Origin: Anolis carolinensis | Taxonomy: Eukaryota | Length of the DNA: 64,000 nucleotides | Direction: 5' to 3' | NCBI RefSeq assembly: GCF_035594765.1 | Contig: NC_085842.1 | Span: 146,209,036 to 146,273,035 of the forward strand | Part shown: positions 37,309 through 48,904 of the stretch, one piece after another | Layout: each line of letters begins with the position of its first letter | Position numbering within the stretch: position 1 is the first letter of the stretch | Notes under the pieces: generated by a model | Seen by the model: the letters and a program-made list of their open reading frames with translations, nothing else | The model's database searches: none | What the model was told of the DNA's origin: nothing | Made by a program: the position numbers and the translations under genes

Positions 37309-40300
37309 AGAGCAAGAAAGGGAATTTGTTGGGACCGGTTTAAGGCTTGACAGTAGTGTCCCTTGCTTTGGGAAGTATGGCCAATGCTGGAAAAAGAAGC
37401 CCAGACTGAAGACACAGATTCCCAACAGCAACAAAACTGGAGACCCAGATTGCAAATACTAATAGCATCATGAGTAGAACAGGGGAAAGTCTAGCTTAAC
37501 CAGGCATGTCAGGACGTATGTTTCTTTTTATTCTTGGTTGAAGACAGCTTACTAAATTTGTAACTTTTCTTTTCACCCCGAAGGGCACTCAGGGCGGATC
37601 ACAATGTACATATACATGTCAAACATTCAATGCCATTAGACAGACATACATTAGACACACACAGACAAAGGCAGAGAGGTTATTTAACATTCCCAGCTTC
37701 TGGCTTCTTGAAGGTATGCTCGATTCCGGCCACAGGAAGAGCTGCTGCTTCATCATCCACTGTGATGGTGAGTCCTTGATGGAGTACTTCCTCATTTTAT
37801 GGCATGCACACACGCTGTTGGACATTTTTATGGTGATGTAAATTAGTTAAATTAGCCTCCCCGCATAAGTGGTCCCTAAATTTCTTACTTGACAGATGTC
37901 TTTCGGGTTGCTTAGGTGAACAATGAGCTGGGGCTATTTAATGGCTATTTGATGGTCGGGCACTCAATCCGACTCGGGCTTCGAACTCATGGCCTCTTGA
38001 TCAGTAGTGATTTATTGCAGCTGGCTACTAACCAGCTGCGCCACAGCCCGGCCCCTGTGTGCCATTTGAAGCAGAACAAGGTAGGAAAATAACTGCTGGT
38101 TAGCAATATTTTTTATGATCATCCCTTTGTAGAAGGTATGTGCACCAGAGAAATCCTTCTGTCTAGTGAACTAATTCATGAGAAAGAAAGTTAGGCTAAA
38201 CCTCTCCTTGATGTTTCTGTATCCTGTTTCCAGGAGAAGGCAAGACAGCACTATCAAATCATTTTACCTAATTTTAAAAACGGTTCTTGTTTTATGCCTC
38301 CCCCCCCCTTCTTCCCATTTTTCCCTAGGACTTTCTAAATTATAAAATGGAGTCCTACCGAGAATTCTGGATTGGCTTAAAGCATGCTGGAGGCGAAACA
38401 TGGAAGTGGGTAAATGGGACAAGCATATTGTCCCAGTAAGTTCCATTCTTCCTTGGATATTACATTGCTTTTACCTGTGTATGTAAGAGAGAGAGTCTCA
38501 GGCATAGGCTTGAGAACTCCATGTAAAATAAAAATTTAATAAAACAAATAGCATTATTGATTGTAAGAAGTAACAAATGTACGAATGCTATCCTTGTTTC
38601 AGAAGGTCAGTGCCTGGATGATGTAGATAACAGAAATTATTTCTTTGGCAGTGTTGGAAGTCAACCTCACACTGCTCAAGTCTGCAGTCCTCATTAGGTA
38701 CAATTAGTTAACATTAGGCTAGGCTATGGAGTAAGAGAGAAGCTTAGACCCAATTCTTTTCCATCAAGAAATATAGTTCTTATATTTTAAATAAACTTTT
38801 TTGAAATTTTAAAGATTGAACTTTGCATCTTTGCCTCATAAGCTCAAGAATTCTTTCACAGCCACAACACTTCACCTTCTGCTTGCTGTGAGCTGACTGC
38901 TCAGTTATGTATCCTGTTCATATTTTTGGATGTTCTGCTATTTTTAGGAGAATTCCCTAACAGGCAGGGCTCCTGATATTTAGAGATGGAAGGCTTCATA
39001 GGTGGCAGGAAAGAAGGGGTCTTTGGAAAACAGCCCTATGCAATATAAGAGTCTAAATAACAATTGCCAAAGATCAAGTGGTCAAAAGTATACTGTAATG
39101 ACAAACCATTTGTGCATTCATGCCTGTGCTAGATGGATGGATGGATAGACAGATTTTAAGAACAGACACACATATCAGGAAACAGAATTACAAGTTGATT
39201 TTTCTTTATCTGAAATGCTTGAAGTGAGCTGTGTTTTGAATTTTTTCAAATACTTGCATATTATGGCATCTGAGCCCTTGCAATTATAGCTGTCCAGAGA
39301 AGCTGAAGAAACTGAAGGAAAATGGCTAAAATGGATCTGTGCAAAGGTCTATCCAGTACTGCCTTCCAGAGTGTCATAGCAATGGAGAATATGCCATTTT
39401 TTCTGCACAGCCAGTGCTCATGTTTTCATGTTCCATGCAGAAAATACACACAGTATCAGTAAGAGGACATTTTGAAGTTGATCTGCGGTGTGAAAGTAGC
39501 ACCACACTTTGTCAAATGCAGGTTTATTGCTTCACAGTCAACATACTCAAGCATAAGAGCCACCTTTACAGTGTTCAGTGCTGTTCACTCTTATGAAACT
39601 TTGTTGTACAAAGCTGCAATCACACAATTATCAATAGGGGTACATGCCAGCAGGAGCATCCTTATTATTTCACATCTCTACTTGTGGAATAGCACTGATT
39701 TGCCAAGCCCTGTCCCATGATTGTACTTCTGTGTACTTTTGTAACCCTATCTCCCTGCACTCCCTGCTCTTGATTTTTTAAATTATTATTTTAACGATTT
39801 TACAGTTCCAGCAATGTTTAATTTTAAAAGTGCCAAATATTGCTATCTTTAAAAAAATTTGTAAATGGCTTGGTAATACTAATGGAACGTGGGATGAGTA
39901 GGAGTGAGGAGGGGCAGAATCTTGCCACTGACATCACGTTGCTGCTGGAACAGAAGTGGAATGGTCCCACTGTACAAGATAGGAGATGAGAACAGGGTGG
40001 AATTGGCAGCTATCAGTTAATAGAGGGAAGGAGGCGGACCAGCAGTAAGATGCACACAGTACCCTGTGATAGGAACCATTGCCAAATGCCACTTTGCTTC
40101 CCTCATGTGATTAAGTCCTACAGTATAGTGGTACGTTAAGGACACTTCAAGTGGTATAAGCCAAACCCTCCTTATTTTAACACCAATATGTGAATATTTT
40201 GTGCTATTTCTTCTTTAACTGGCCCCAACTGCTGCTGCATATTTGGGGAAAATGGATTCCCAGACATAACTTTTTCTCCTAACTTCTAGATCTGTCCCAT

Positions 40301-40532
40301 ATGTCAAATCCCCAATTAGTATGCGGCTCACACTAAGTGCTGATTCTTTTTCAGAAGCCTGAGAACATTGGAAGGATTTGAAGATATAGGTGATGGCCCT
40401 TGTGTTACATCAAAGAAAGAAGAAAATAATCACAAATGGAGCCGCATTGACTGCACAAAGATGCATCCATATGTTTGTGAAAAGTATATGTATGTTAATT
40501 GTGTCCTGCAGTCCCCATTAGGATACTTCTGA
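30882..40532 (+). CDS. Type II transmembrane C-type lectin-like receptor B (about 288 aa)
   Basis: Exons 30882-31071 (MDDAYQNEDYHNSS...), 32281-32397 (VYENASELEY; donor uncertain), 34559-34687 (TM HFIIFCVTLFCSLILVITALLMASLR), 36424-36569 (IPKCPSGWQNVGKTCY...GADLIII), 38329-38435 (EFWIGLKHAGGETWKWVNGT), 40355-40532 (PCVT...WSRIDCTKMHPYVCEK...CVLQSPLGYF*). Phases 1,1,1,0,2 are consistent. Confidence 0.85.
36965..37225 (-). mobile_element. tRNA-derived SINE
   Basis: Close to the copy at 62962-63241; B-box-like head and TGACTTGAGAAACTGCAA tail region. Confidence 0.7.
37248..37307. repeat. (GAAA)n microsatellite
   Basis: Direct reading. Confidence 0.95.
37565..38054 (-). mobile_element. Sauria-type SINE
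   Basis: Minus-strand head GGGGCCGGGCTGTGGCGCAG with GAGTTCGAAGCCC B-box and tail GATCCGCCCTGAGTGCCCTTCGGGGTGA; related pieces at about 42340-42590, 59330-59530 and 62350-62578. Confidence 0.75.
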
Positions 40533-43500
40533 GATTACTTTATTTGGGTGTCTGGATGTGTAAAAATAACAGATTTTGGAAATGAAATTGTTTTTTACTC
40601 GTTTGTATTTCAGTTCTTTCAGCTCTAGGGTCATTACCTGCAGATGGATGTGTTTTGGGAAAACATGAAAGGGATCAAGGAGTGGCTATTTAAATACAGT
40701 CGACCCTCCACACACACTGGGATTAGGGTCATAGCACTCCTGTTAAAGTGGCATATTGAATTGATGATCTTATTGATTATCTCTTCCCCCTTTCCACTTT
40801 TTCTCTTCCATCTCTCTCCATCCTCAAACCTTCCAAAATAATGAGGAGAGATAAGAATGGTCACCTATTTTTCCCTCTATCTTTATGGGTATGGACAGTC
40901 TCCCCACCCCACCACCACACACACATACACAGAGACTCTAGATCCAACAATACAGGACAGTGAAGCAAACAAAAGACTGACAAATCAAGTAATATTGGTT
41001 TCCCCATTAGTAGGAATAAAAAAGAGTGGGGAAGAAGCAAGGAAACACCAAACTTCCTGTAAATATCGATCAGTCTTCTAGAGTTTGAAAAACAATGTTT
41101 TAATTACAGGAATAAAAACAATGATCTCTCCATATATCTGGCTAGCACAAATAAACTCTGTAGCATGCAGCACTTGCCACTGACAAATGTTTAGAAACTT
41201 CAGGTAGATCTAAATGATGGAGCCATAACTAGTTATATGAGGCATGTGTCTGTATCACAGCCTCGCTAACCACTGTCCATTTCCAGATACAGTTTAAAGT
41301 GCTGCTTAGTTGGATGGAACAATAGTAGGAGAACTGAGAAAGCCCTAATGACACAAACCACCTTCCTATCCTTCCTGCTGCTATGTTGTGGGATGCTGGT
41401 CATGAAGTTGAAGGGGCAAAGATGTAAAAGATGTAAAAATACTCCTCTTAATTCAAAGTCAAAGGCAGGAGGCCCCTTTTCTGTGGAGAGGGCGAGGAAG
41501 GACACCACAAAAGTTGGATCTTCAAACTGCAAAAAAACCTATTTATTGCGAGCTTAGCAATAACAACAAAAACATGCATACATCGATGCAATAAAAGGAT
41601 TTGTTGCACTTTCAAAATGGTTGCAAGGGTTTTTATCATTCTACAGAAAATAGTAAGCATATCCTTATAGGCTTTCAAAGATAATTTACCCCATTCATCT
41701 AATGTTGGCTACATCACAAACATCTTAACCATCATGCAATTCCATTGGTTTTCTATGCTGTAACAACATGTGACTCTTTAGACAATGGTGCTTTTCATGT
41801 TATTGACCCTGATGTCAACACCAGCTTATCTTCCTCTTGTTGCAAGTATAGGTTCGAATCCATATGGGAATCCTAGGGAGTAGTGGTTAACTGGTTCTGA
41901 CTTGCTGTATTGTTATTATTGAAAGTAACTTCTTTTTCTCTGGAACAACTCTTTTTCCAAACATCAGCATTTTCTTTCAAACATAGGCTTTTCTCAAGCA
42001 TAGGTCTTTGCAACTTAGGTCAATCAAAGCATATGGGACTTATAGTCATTGGAAGTATCTTTGTCTTTTTAAACCCACGTCCCCCTCAAAGTGATTTATA
42101 GTTTCCAAATCATGACCTCCCTGAACCACCGTAAGCTGGATAGAAAGTATCCCAGAAGCAAGCAAAAATACAGCAGAGGCCTTTCACAGAAAAATATGTG
42201 CTTCAGGCCATTTATCAGCAGAGTCCAACTACCAGGATATGCCGATCCTCTTTACTTGTTCTAGTAAACAATCAGAATCACCAGATAGTAGTCACCAGAT
42301 AGTAATCATCGAAAAGGACATTAATTGGAGGAAGCTTCTTGGCATGGAAGATGGAGCGACAAGACCCCCCCCCCCCCCCAATGGCCGGAGTTGAGCACGA
42401 CCTCCAAGATGCCAGAAATAAGATTGGGGGGGGGGGGGGATAGCCTTCACCTTTGTTGTGTTGTCTGTCCTGGTTAATTGTATGATTGTATAATCGGCAT
42501 TGAATGTTTGTCATATGTGTGTTCTATGAGCCACTCTGAGTCCCCTTCGGAGTGAGAAGAGCAAGGAATAAAAACTGTAAATAAATAATAGTCGCATACT
42601 ACAGTCACATAGGGAAAAAAATATGGATTCTTTCATCCTCCTTATATAGCCACCTGCTAATAGGTCATCAGTAAGGGACACTGGCTGATGTAACACCTTT
42701 GCAATAATTTTTACATGGTTATGACTCATTCCCTTCGGTATTACATCTTGACACTCACAGTCATTTATACTCAGGTGCTATAAATATTCCATATGTTCAT
42801 CAAACAGTATTTTCTCCAAGACTAGAAATGCTATGTCATTTTTATCTAACATGCCATTATACAGGTACCACTGTAGCTACTATGCAAGGTATTTTGTCAG
42901 GCTGGTTACAAGGGAATGTGAGCTAGTAAGGCCATCTGTCTTCCAGGACCTCTGTTCTGAGAATTACTTGGGTATCAAGTCAATAAAAGACACACACAGA
43001 GAGACTAGGGATGCATCTATACCAGTGGTTCTCAGCCTGTGGGTCCCCAGATATTTTGGCCTTCAACTCCCAGAAATCCCAGCCAGTTTACCAGCTGTTA
43101 GGATTTCTGGAAGTTGAAGGCCTAAACACCTGGGGGCCCACACGTTAAGAACCACTGATCTATACTATTGAATTAACGCAAGTTGAAAACCACTTTAACT
43201 ACCACAGCTTAATGCAGTGGAATCATGAGAGTTGTAGTTTACAAGATCTTTAGCCTTCTCTGCCAAAGAGTGCTGAAATATACTACACCAAATTATAACT
43301 GCCAGGATTACATACCATTGACCATGGCAGTTAAAGTGATGTCAAGCTGCATTACTCCACTGCAACAGTGGTTCTCAGCCAGGGATCCCCAGATGTTTTT
43401 GGCCTACAGTTCCCAGAAATTCCAGCCAGTTTACCAGTTGTTAGGATTTCTAACAAGGCCACAACATCTGGAGACTCCCAGGTTGAGAACCACTGATGTT

Positions 43501-44095
43501 GATGCACCCAGGGTCTGACAGATCTCTCCTATGCTCTTCTGAAGGTATATTTCCTCAGGACTAAGACTTTGTGGATAAGGACTGTGAGATAATCTCATTC
43601 TATCATCAATGTTTTCATTTCTGCTTCCACATTTTCATTTCTGCTTCCAGTGCCCAAGGAGTGCCCCTTGGCTATTTTTGTGGCACTGGTCATATGGCAG
43701 CACAGTCAGAGAAAAAACTGCTTTCATTTAAAATTTGCAATGCACCACTACAGAGGCAAAACCATATTCAAAGGTTCTTCTTTAAAATAAGATGTGTGCT
43801 TTGTTTTAATCTAGCAAATCCAGAAGTCTTTAACTGGCTTCAAAATAGGTGATGTATTTCATATAGACCTTGCTTTAAAATGAAACTCCATGTTCTAAAG
43901 AATGAGGGACTTTTGGTGTTGTTGTTGTGATCATGATTATCACATTGAATTCCTGAGGCAGATGTTAGGATCTATCTCTTGGTAGTTTGGGTGTGTTTGC
44001 TATTAACCTCCCAGATCCCAGAAAGCTTTGCATTTATCACAGTGTTTTTTTAATTCAATCATCAGCTGAGAGGTATTTTCGTAAGTACTGCAATC

Positions 44096-44125
44096 ACAGC
44101 AGGAAGAAAACAGATGTGGTTATTT
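44096..44125 (+). promoter_or_regulatory. Candidate regulatory element of lectin C (ETS plus E-box/RUNX)
   Basis: AGGAAG 44101-44106 and overlapping CAGATG/TGTGGTT 44111-44121. Confidence 0.3.
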
Positions 44126-44270
44126 CTTGCTCTTGATGAAAACCCCTCCTCCTCAGAAGAAATTCAGAGGAACACCCACCCAGGACAGTTCCATTGGGAG
44201 CAAACCTTTCCAATGATTTTGAACCCAGAAGCGTACCCAGAAGAACCTTTTCTGCTGAACAGCTACATAT

Positions 44271-44862
44271 CATAGAATCCTAGAATCCTAGAGTTGGAAC
44301 AGATCTCAAGGGCCATCCAGTCCAACCCCCTGTCAAGAAGCAGGAACATCGCATTCAAAGCACCCCCGACAGATGGCCATCCAGCCTCTACTTAAAAGCC
44401 CCCCAAAAAGGAGCCTCCACCACACTCTGGGGCAGACAGTTCCACTGCCGAACAGCTCTCAAGTTCCTCCTAATGTTCAGGTGGAATCTCCTTTCTTGTA
44501 TTTTGAATCCATTGTTTTGCATCCTAGTCTCCAGGGCAGCAGAAAACAAGCTTGCTCCCTCCTCCCGATGACTTCCCCTCACATCTTGATACATGGCCCT
44601 CATAATGTCTCCCCTCAGCCTTTTCTTCTGCAGGCTAAATATGACCAGCTCTTTAAGCCACTCGTCATACGGCTTGTTCTCCAGACCATTGATCATTTTA
44701 GTTGCTCTTCTCTGGACACATTTCAGCTTGTCGACATCTCCCTTAAATTGTGATGCCCAGAATTGGACACAGTATAATTCCAGGTGTGGTCTGACCAAGG
44801 CAGAATAGAGGGGTAGCATTACTTCCCTGGATCTAGACACTATACTCCTATTTATGCAGGCC
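44271..44862 (-). mobile_element. CR1 LINE 3' fragment
   Basis: CINRSIVSRSREVMLPLYSALVRPHLELYCVQFW...VQRRATKMI...LQKKRLRGD; (ATTCTAGG/ATTCTATG) tail. Confidence 0.9.
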
Positions 44863-45007
44863 ATCATATCAGATATGATGTGTGTGTGTGTCCCGTGGCT
44901 GGGTAGATAGAAAGGAAACTGATCATGATAGAGAGAGCCTAAGCATCCGGTCCCAGTGGGTAATATCTGCCCGAAGTATGATTTTTTCCACACAGCCTCC
45001 AACAGCT

Positions 45008-48000
45008 ATGGATGACAATGATCAGAATAAGGACTACCAGAATGAAGGCTACCGCAGTGAGGAATACCAGAATGACACTGCACCAGAGAAATCCTCTCAC
45101 GCCTGCGAAGTACATTCTGCATCAGAAAATGTGAAAAAAGGTAATAGGAGGAGGGGGAAGGGGAATGAGAAGAAACCCTGAGAGAGCTGCTTTAGTCCAG
45201 GTGCTGCACATTAGGTTCACATCAGAGGAAAGAAACATACTTTCTAAACTGAGGTTGGCCACGGCACCCACTAAGTCACATAGACTCAATTTTTCAACAA
45301 GATAAGAAATGCTTTAAGGTAATTTTGTAGATTTCCTGAAAAATTAGAAGATGTATGCAGTAGTGTCAGCATGGTCACATTAAGGTATAATTCTTATTTC
45401 TAAAATAGGAGTTATTGGCACAAATACTGTCAAGCTGTTTGTCCACTTTCTTTATTTGTTTAGCTCTTTGAATAAGAAATTCTATTTTAATTTAGCCTCT
45501 CAGAGGCCCCTTCCACACTCCCCCTATATTCCAGGATCTGATCCCAGATTATCTTATTCCCGTTTATTTGGCAGTGTAGACTCATATAATCCAGTTTAAA
45601 GCATATAATCTGGGATCTGATTCTGAAATATAGGGCAGTGTAGAAGAGGCCCTAGACACCATATCTGATTTTGGAAGCTAAAAGGGGTTAGCCCTAGTTA
45701 GTACTTGAATAGGAAACCTTCAGTGGCTTCCAGGTGCTATAATTCAGAGGAAGGAATTGGTAAAACCACATCCGAGGGCCCTTCCAGACAGGCCCTATAT
45801 CCCAGAATCTGATCCCAGGTTTTATTTTTTTGCTTTAAACTAGATTATATGAGTCCTCACTGCCAGATAATTTGGGATACACAGAAAACCTGGGATCAGA
45901 TCCTGGGATATAGAGCCTGTCTGGAAGATAATCTGGGATAAACAGAAAACCTGGGATCAGATCCTGGCATATAGGGCCTGTATAGAAAGGCCCTGAGGCC
46001 CCTTCCACACAGCTGAATAAAATCCCACATTATCTGCTTTGAATTGGAATATACGGCAGTGTGGAATCAGATAACCTAGTTCAAAGCAGATATTGTAGGA
46101 TTTTCTGCCTCCATATTCTGGATTATATGGCTGTATGGAAGGGCCCTGAGTCTTCTTTGCCTAAGGCCCCTTCTACACTGCCATATAAAATCCAGATTAT
46201 CTGCTTTCAACTGGATTATATGGCAGTGTAGACTCATATAATCCAGTTCAACACAGATAATGTGGATTATCTGATTTGATAATCTGGATTATATGGCAGT
46301 GTAGAAGGGACCTACAGAAACCACATTATATTCATGGGATCATCATAGGTCAACAGGCAGCTTGAAGGTATTTATTATATATATACATTTTAAGACAGTA
46401 ATATTGCTGGGCATGCAGTTTTCCAGTGTTCAGAAGGACCACTCAACCTTGAGGCTCCGGAGCTGGCATCCTAATTAAATAGACAATCCCTCAGGAATGC
46501 TTTTTTTCTTTTCGTCTCTAGAATCTGTGACTTCAGAACAGGGCTGGAAGAATGCTTCAGAACAGGAATATGAATATATCCCATTGTCAGGCATGTGGAC
46601 GAGGTCACTGCCAGAAGAGGAATTAAATGCTGATCCAGGTGAAAGATTCGGTACAATTCCACAAATGGTGTCAGGGATATATTTGTGTTGGATCTTTCTA
46701 GAGCAACCCAATATGTTGCCTGAGGCAGAAAATAAATAGCACCGATTATCCTCTGCTAAGGAGGTTCAACTCTATTTAAAGTTTTGATGTAGAATTGGTA
46801 CACCCTTTTTAATGTCTTTTATGCCTTCTATCTTACATATTGACATGTGAAGCAGGTTGCTCCAGTTGTAACCTGGTTGATATTCCAGTTTCAAATGTGT
46901 ATGGAAGAAAATATGTAATTGTCTATGTAATTGTTATCAGCATTGTCACTCTTCCTAAAGTTCTATGGTGTGTATACATCCAAAATGTGTATGGTTCAAA
47001 GGAGAAAGTATAAGCAGAAATGGAGAAAAGCACTTGACACTTGCCTTGTAGAAGTCTAGTCAGACTTAAGAATACCCTTTCCCAAGTGATTATTTCATTT
47101 GTACTTTACTCCCCACCTCAAAAAAAAAAAATGAATAGGTTGCCTACTTAGGTTGCTGTGCAAGAGTCAACTGTTGGCACTCAGCTTGTACTCCCTCCCA
47201 TGGCTTTATGTCTTATAATGACTGGACTCAGACTGCACAGACTTTTAAACAAAGTCTGTCATCTGCCATCCTTTCAAATGAATCTTCATAGGGAGATATG
47301 GATATTTAGATAGAGTCCCAACATGACTATTCCAAACTCATGGAAGTTGTTTTTCTTTCTTTTTCTTGAAGGGCTGTATATATTTGAGAATGACAAATTG
47401 AATTCCATCCCAAGGAAACTCTTCATCGTCTTCTGCATTGTGCTGCTCTCTTCTCTAGTAATGACAACAGTCGCTCTTGTGATGACATGCTTTAGATGTA
47501 AGTGAACATCTGAAGCACAATCCTTTTTTCTGGACACCACTTCTATTCCATTTATCTTCCTCTTTCCAATTTATAGTTTGGCCTTATTGATTGCATACAA
47601 TGGTAGGGTATAAACACAATACATTGCTCAATAAATTACATATTTTATTATTTGGCTTGTAGGCTTCCCTTGAAACATTATCATTGAAATGAATTTTTAA
47701 ACAAAACTGTTAGTGAATTAAGGTTGTGAGTGATAAAAAATGTAGGGCCACAGTGTTGGTCGAGGAATGATCTTGGTCTGTCTCCTGTGTTAATGATTCT
47801 TAGGTGACAATACTGCACAAACTTTGGGTAAGTCAACACAATCTCTGGGTATTGTGTGTCCTTGGGATGGATGTCTAACTGTGATGCTGTTATCTGACTC
47901 CAGGTGCATAACCATCAGTAAACCCCTTAGGATGTGTTCTGTTCGTGCAGAGTAGCACTTTTTCAAGTCTCCCTGATTTCCAGGCAAGCCAGTTTGTTCA

Positions 48001-48869
48001 GATGGCTGGGACAAATTCCAAGAGAAATGCTACTATTTCACAGAAGAACAGAATCCATGGCAGAAAAGCAGAGAAATGTGCCAAAGCAAAGGTGCTGATC
48101 TCATAGTGATTGATCATAAAGAGAAACAGGTGGGTGTTTCCTATTTCTTCTTATATAGAAAATAGGAAAAGTTGAGAATGTAGCAGAATGGGACACCTCT
48201 TTCCATACTGGGAGAAAAGCAAAATATTCAATATGTTCACTCATTTTGCATCAAAAGGAGTATAGTATCTAGGTCAAAGAAAGTCACGGTGCCTCTCTGT
48301 TCAGTTTTGGTTAGACCTCACCTGGAATACAATTCTGGGCACCACCATTCAAAAGAGATATTGACAAGCTGGAAGGTGTCCAGAGGAGGGCGACTAAAAT
48401 TATCAAAAGTTTAGAGACCATGCCCTATGAGGAGTGTCTTAAAGATCTGGACATGTTTAGCATGCAGAAGAGAAGGTTCAGAGGAGACATGATAGGCATG
48501 TATAAATATGTGAAATGATGTCATAAGGAAGAGGAATCAGGCTTGTTTTCTGCTGCCTTGGAAAGTAGGAGCAATGGGTTCAAATTACAGAAAAGGAGAT
48601 TCCACCTGAATATTAGGAAGAGCTTCCTGACCATACGAGCTATTCAACTGTGGAACTCTCTGCCTCGGAGTGTGGTGGGAGCTCCTTCCTTGGAAACGTT
48701 TAAACAGAGGCTGGATTGCCATCTGTTAGGGATGCTTTGTGCTTTTCCTGCATGGCACAGGGTTGCATTAGATGGCCCATGTGGCCTCCTCCAACTCTAT
48801 TATTCTATGATTCACTGGTGGACCATTATTCTTACAGATACCATCAGCTCTGAGTATTCAGAAAAGATC

Positions 48870-48904
<35 letters not shown>

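Noticed and set aside
44388-45002. 204-aa minus-strand ORF
   Set aside because: A CR1 reverse transcriptase tail fused by chance to flanking sequence.
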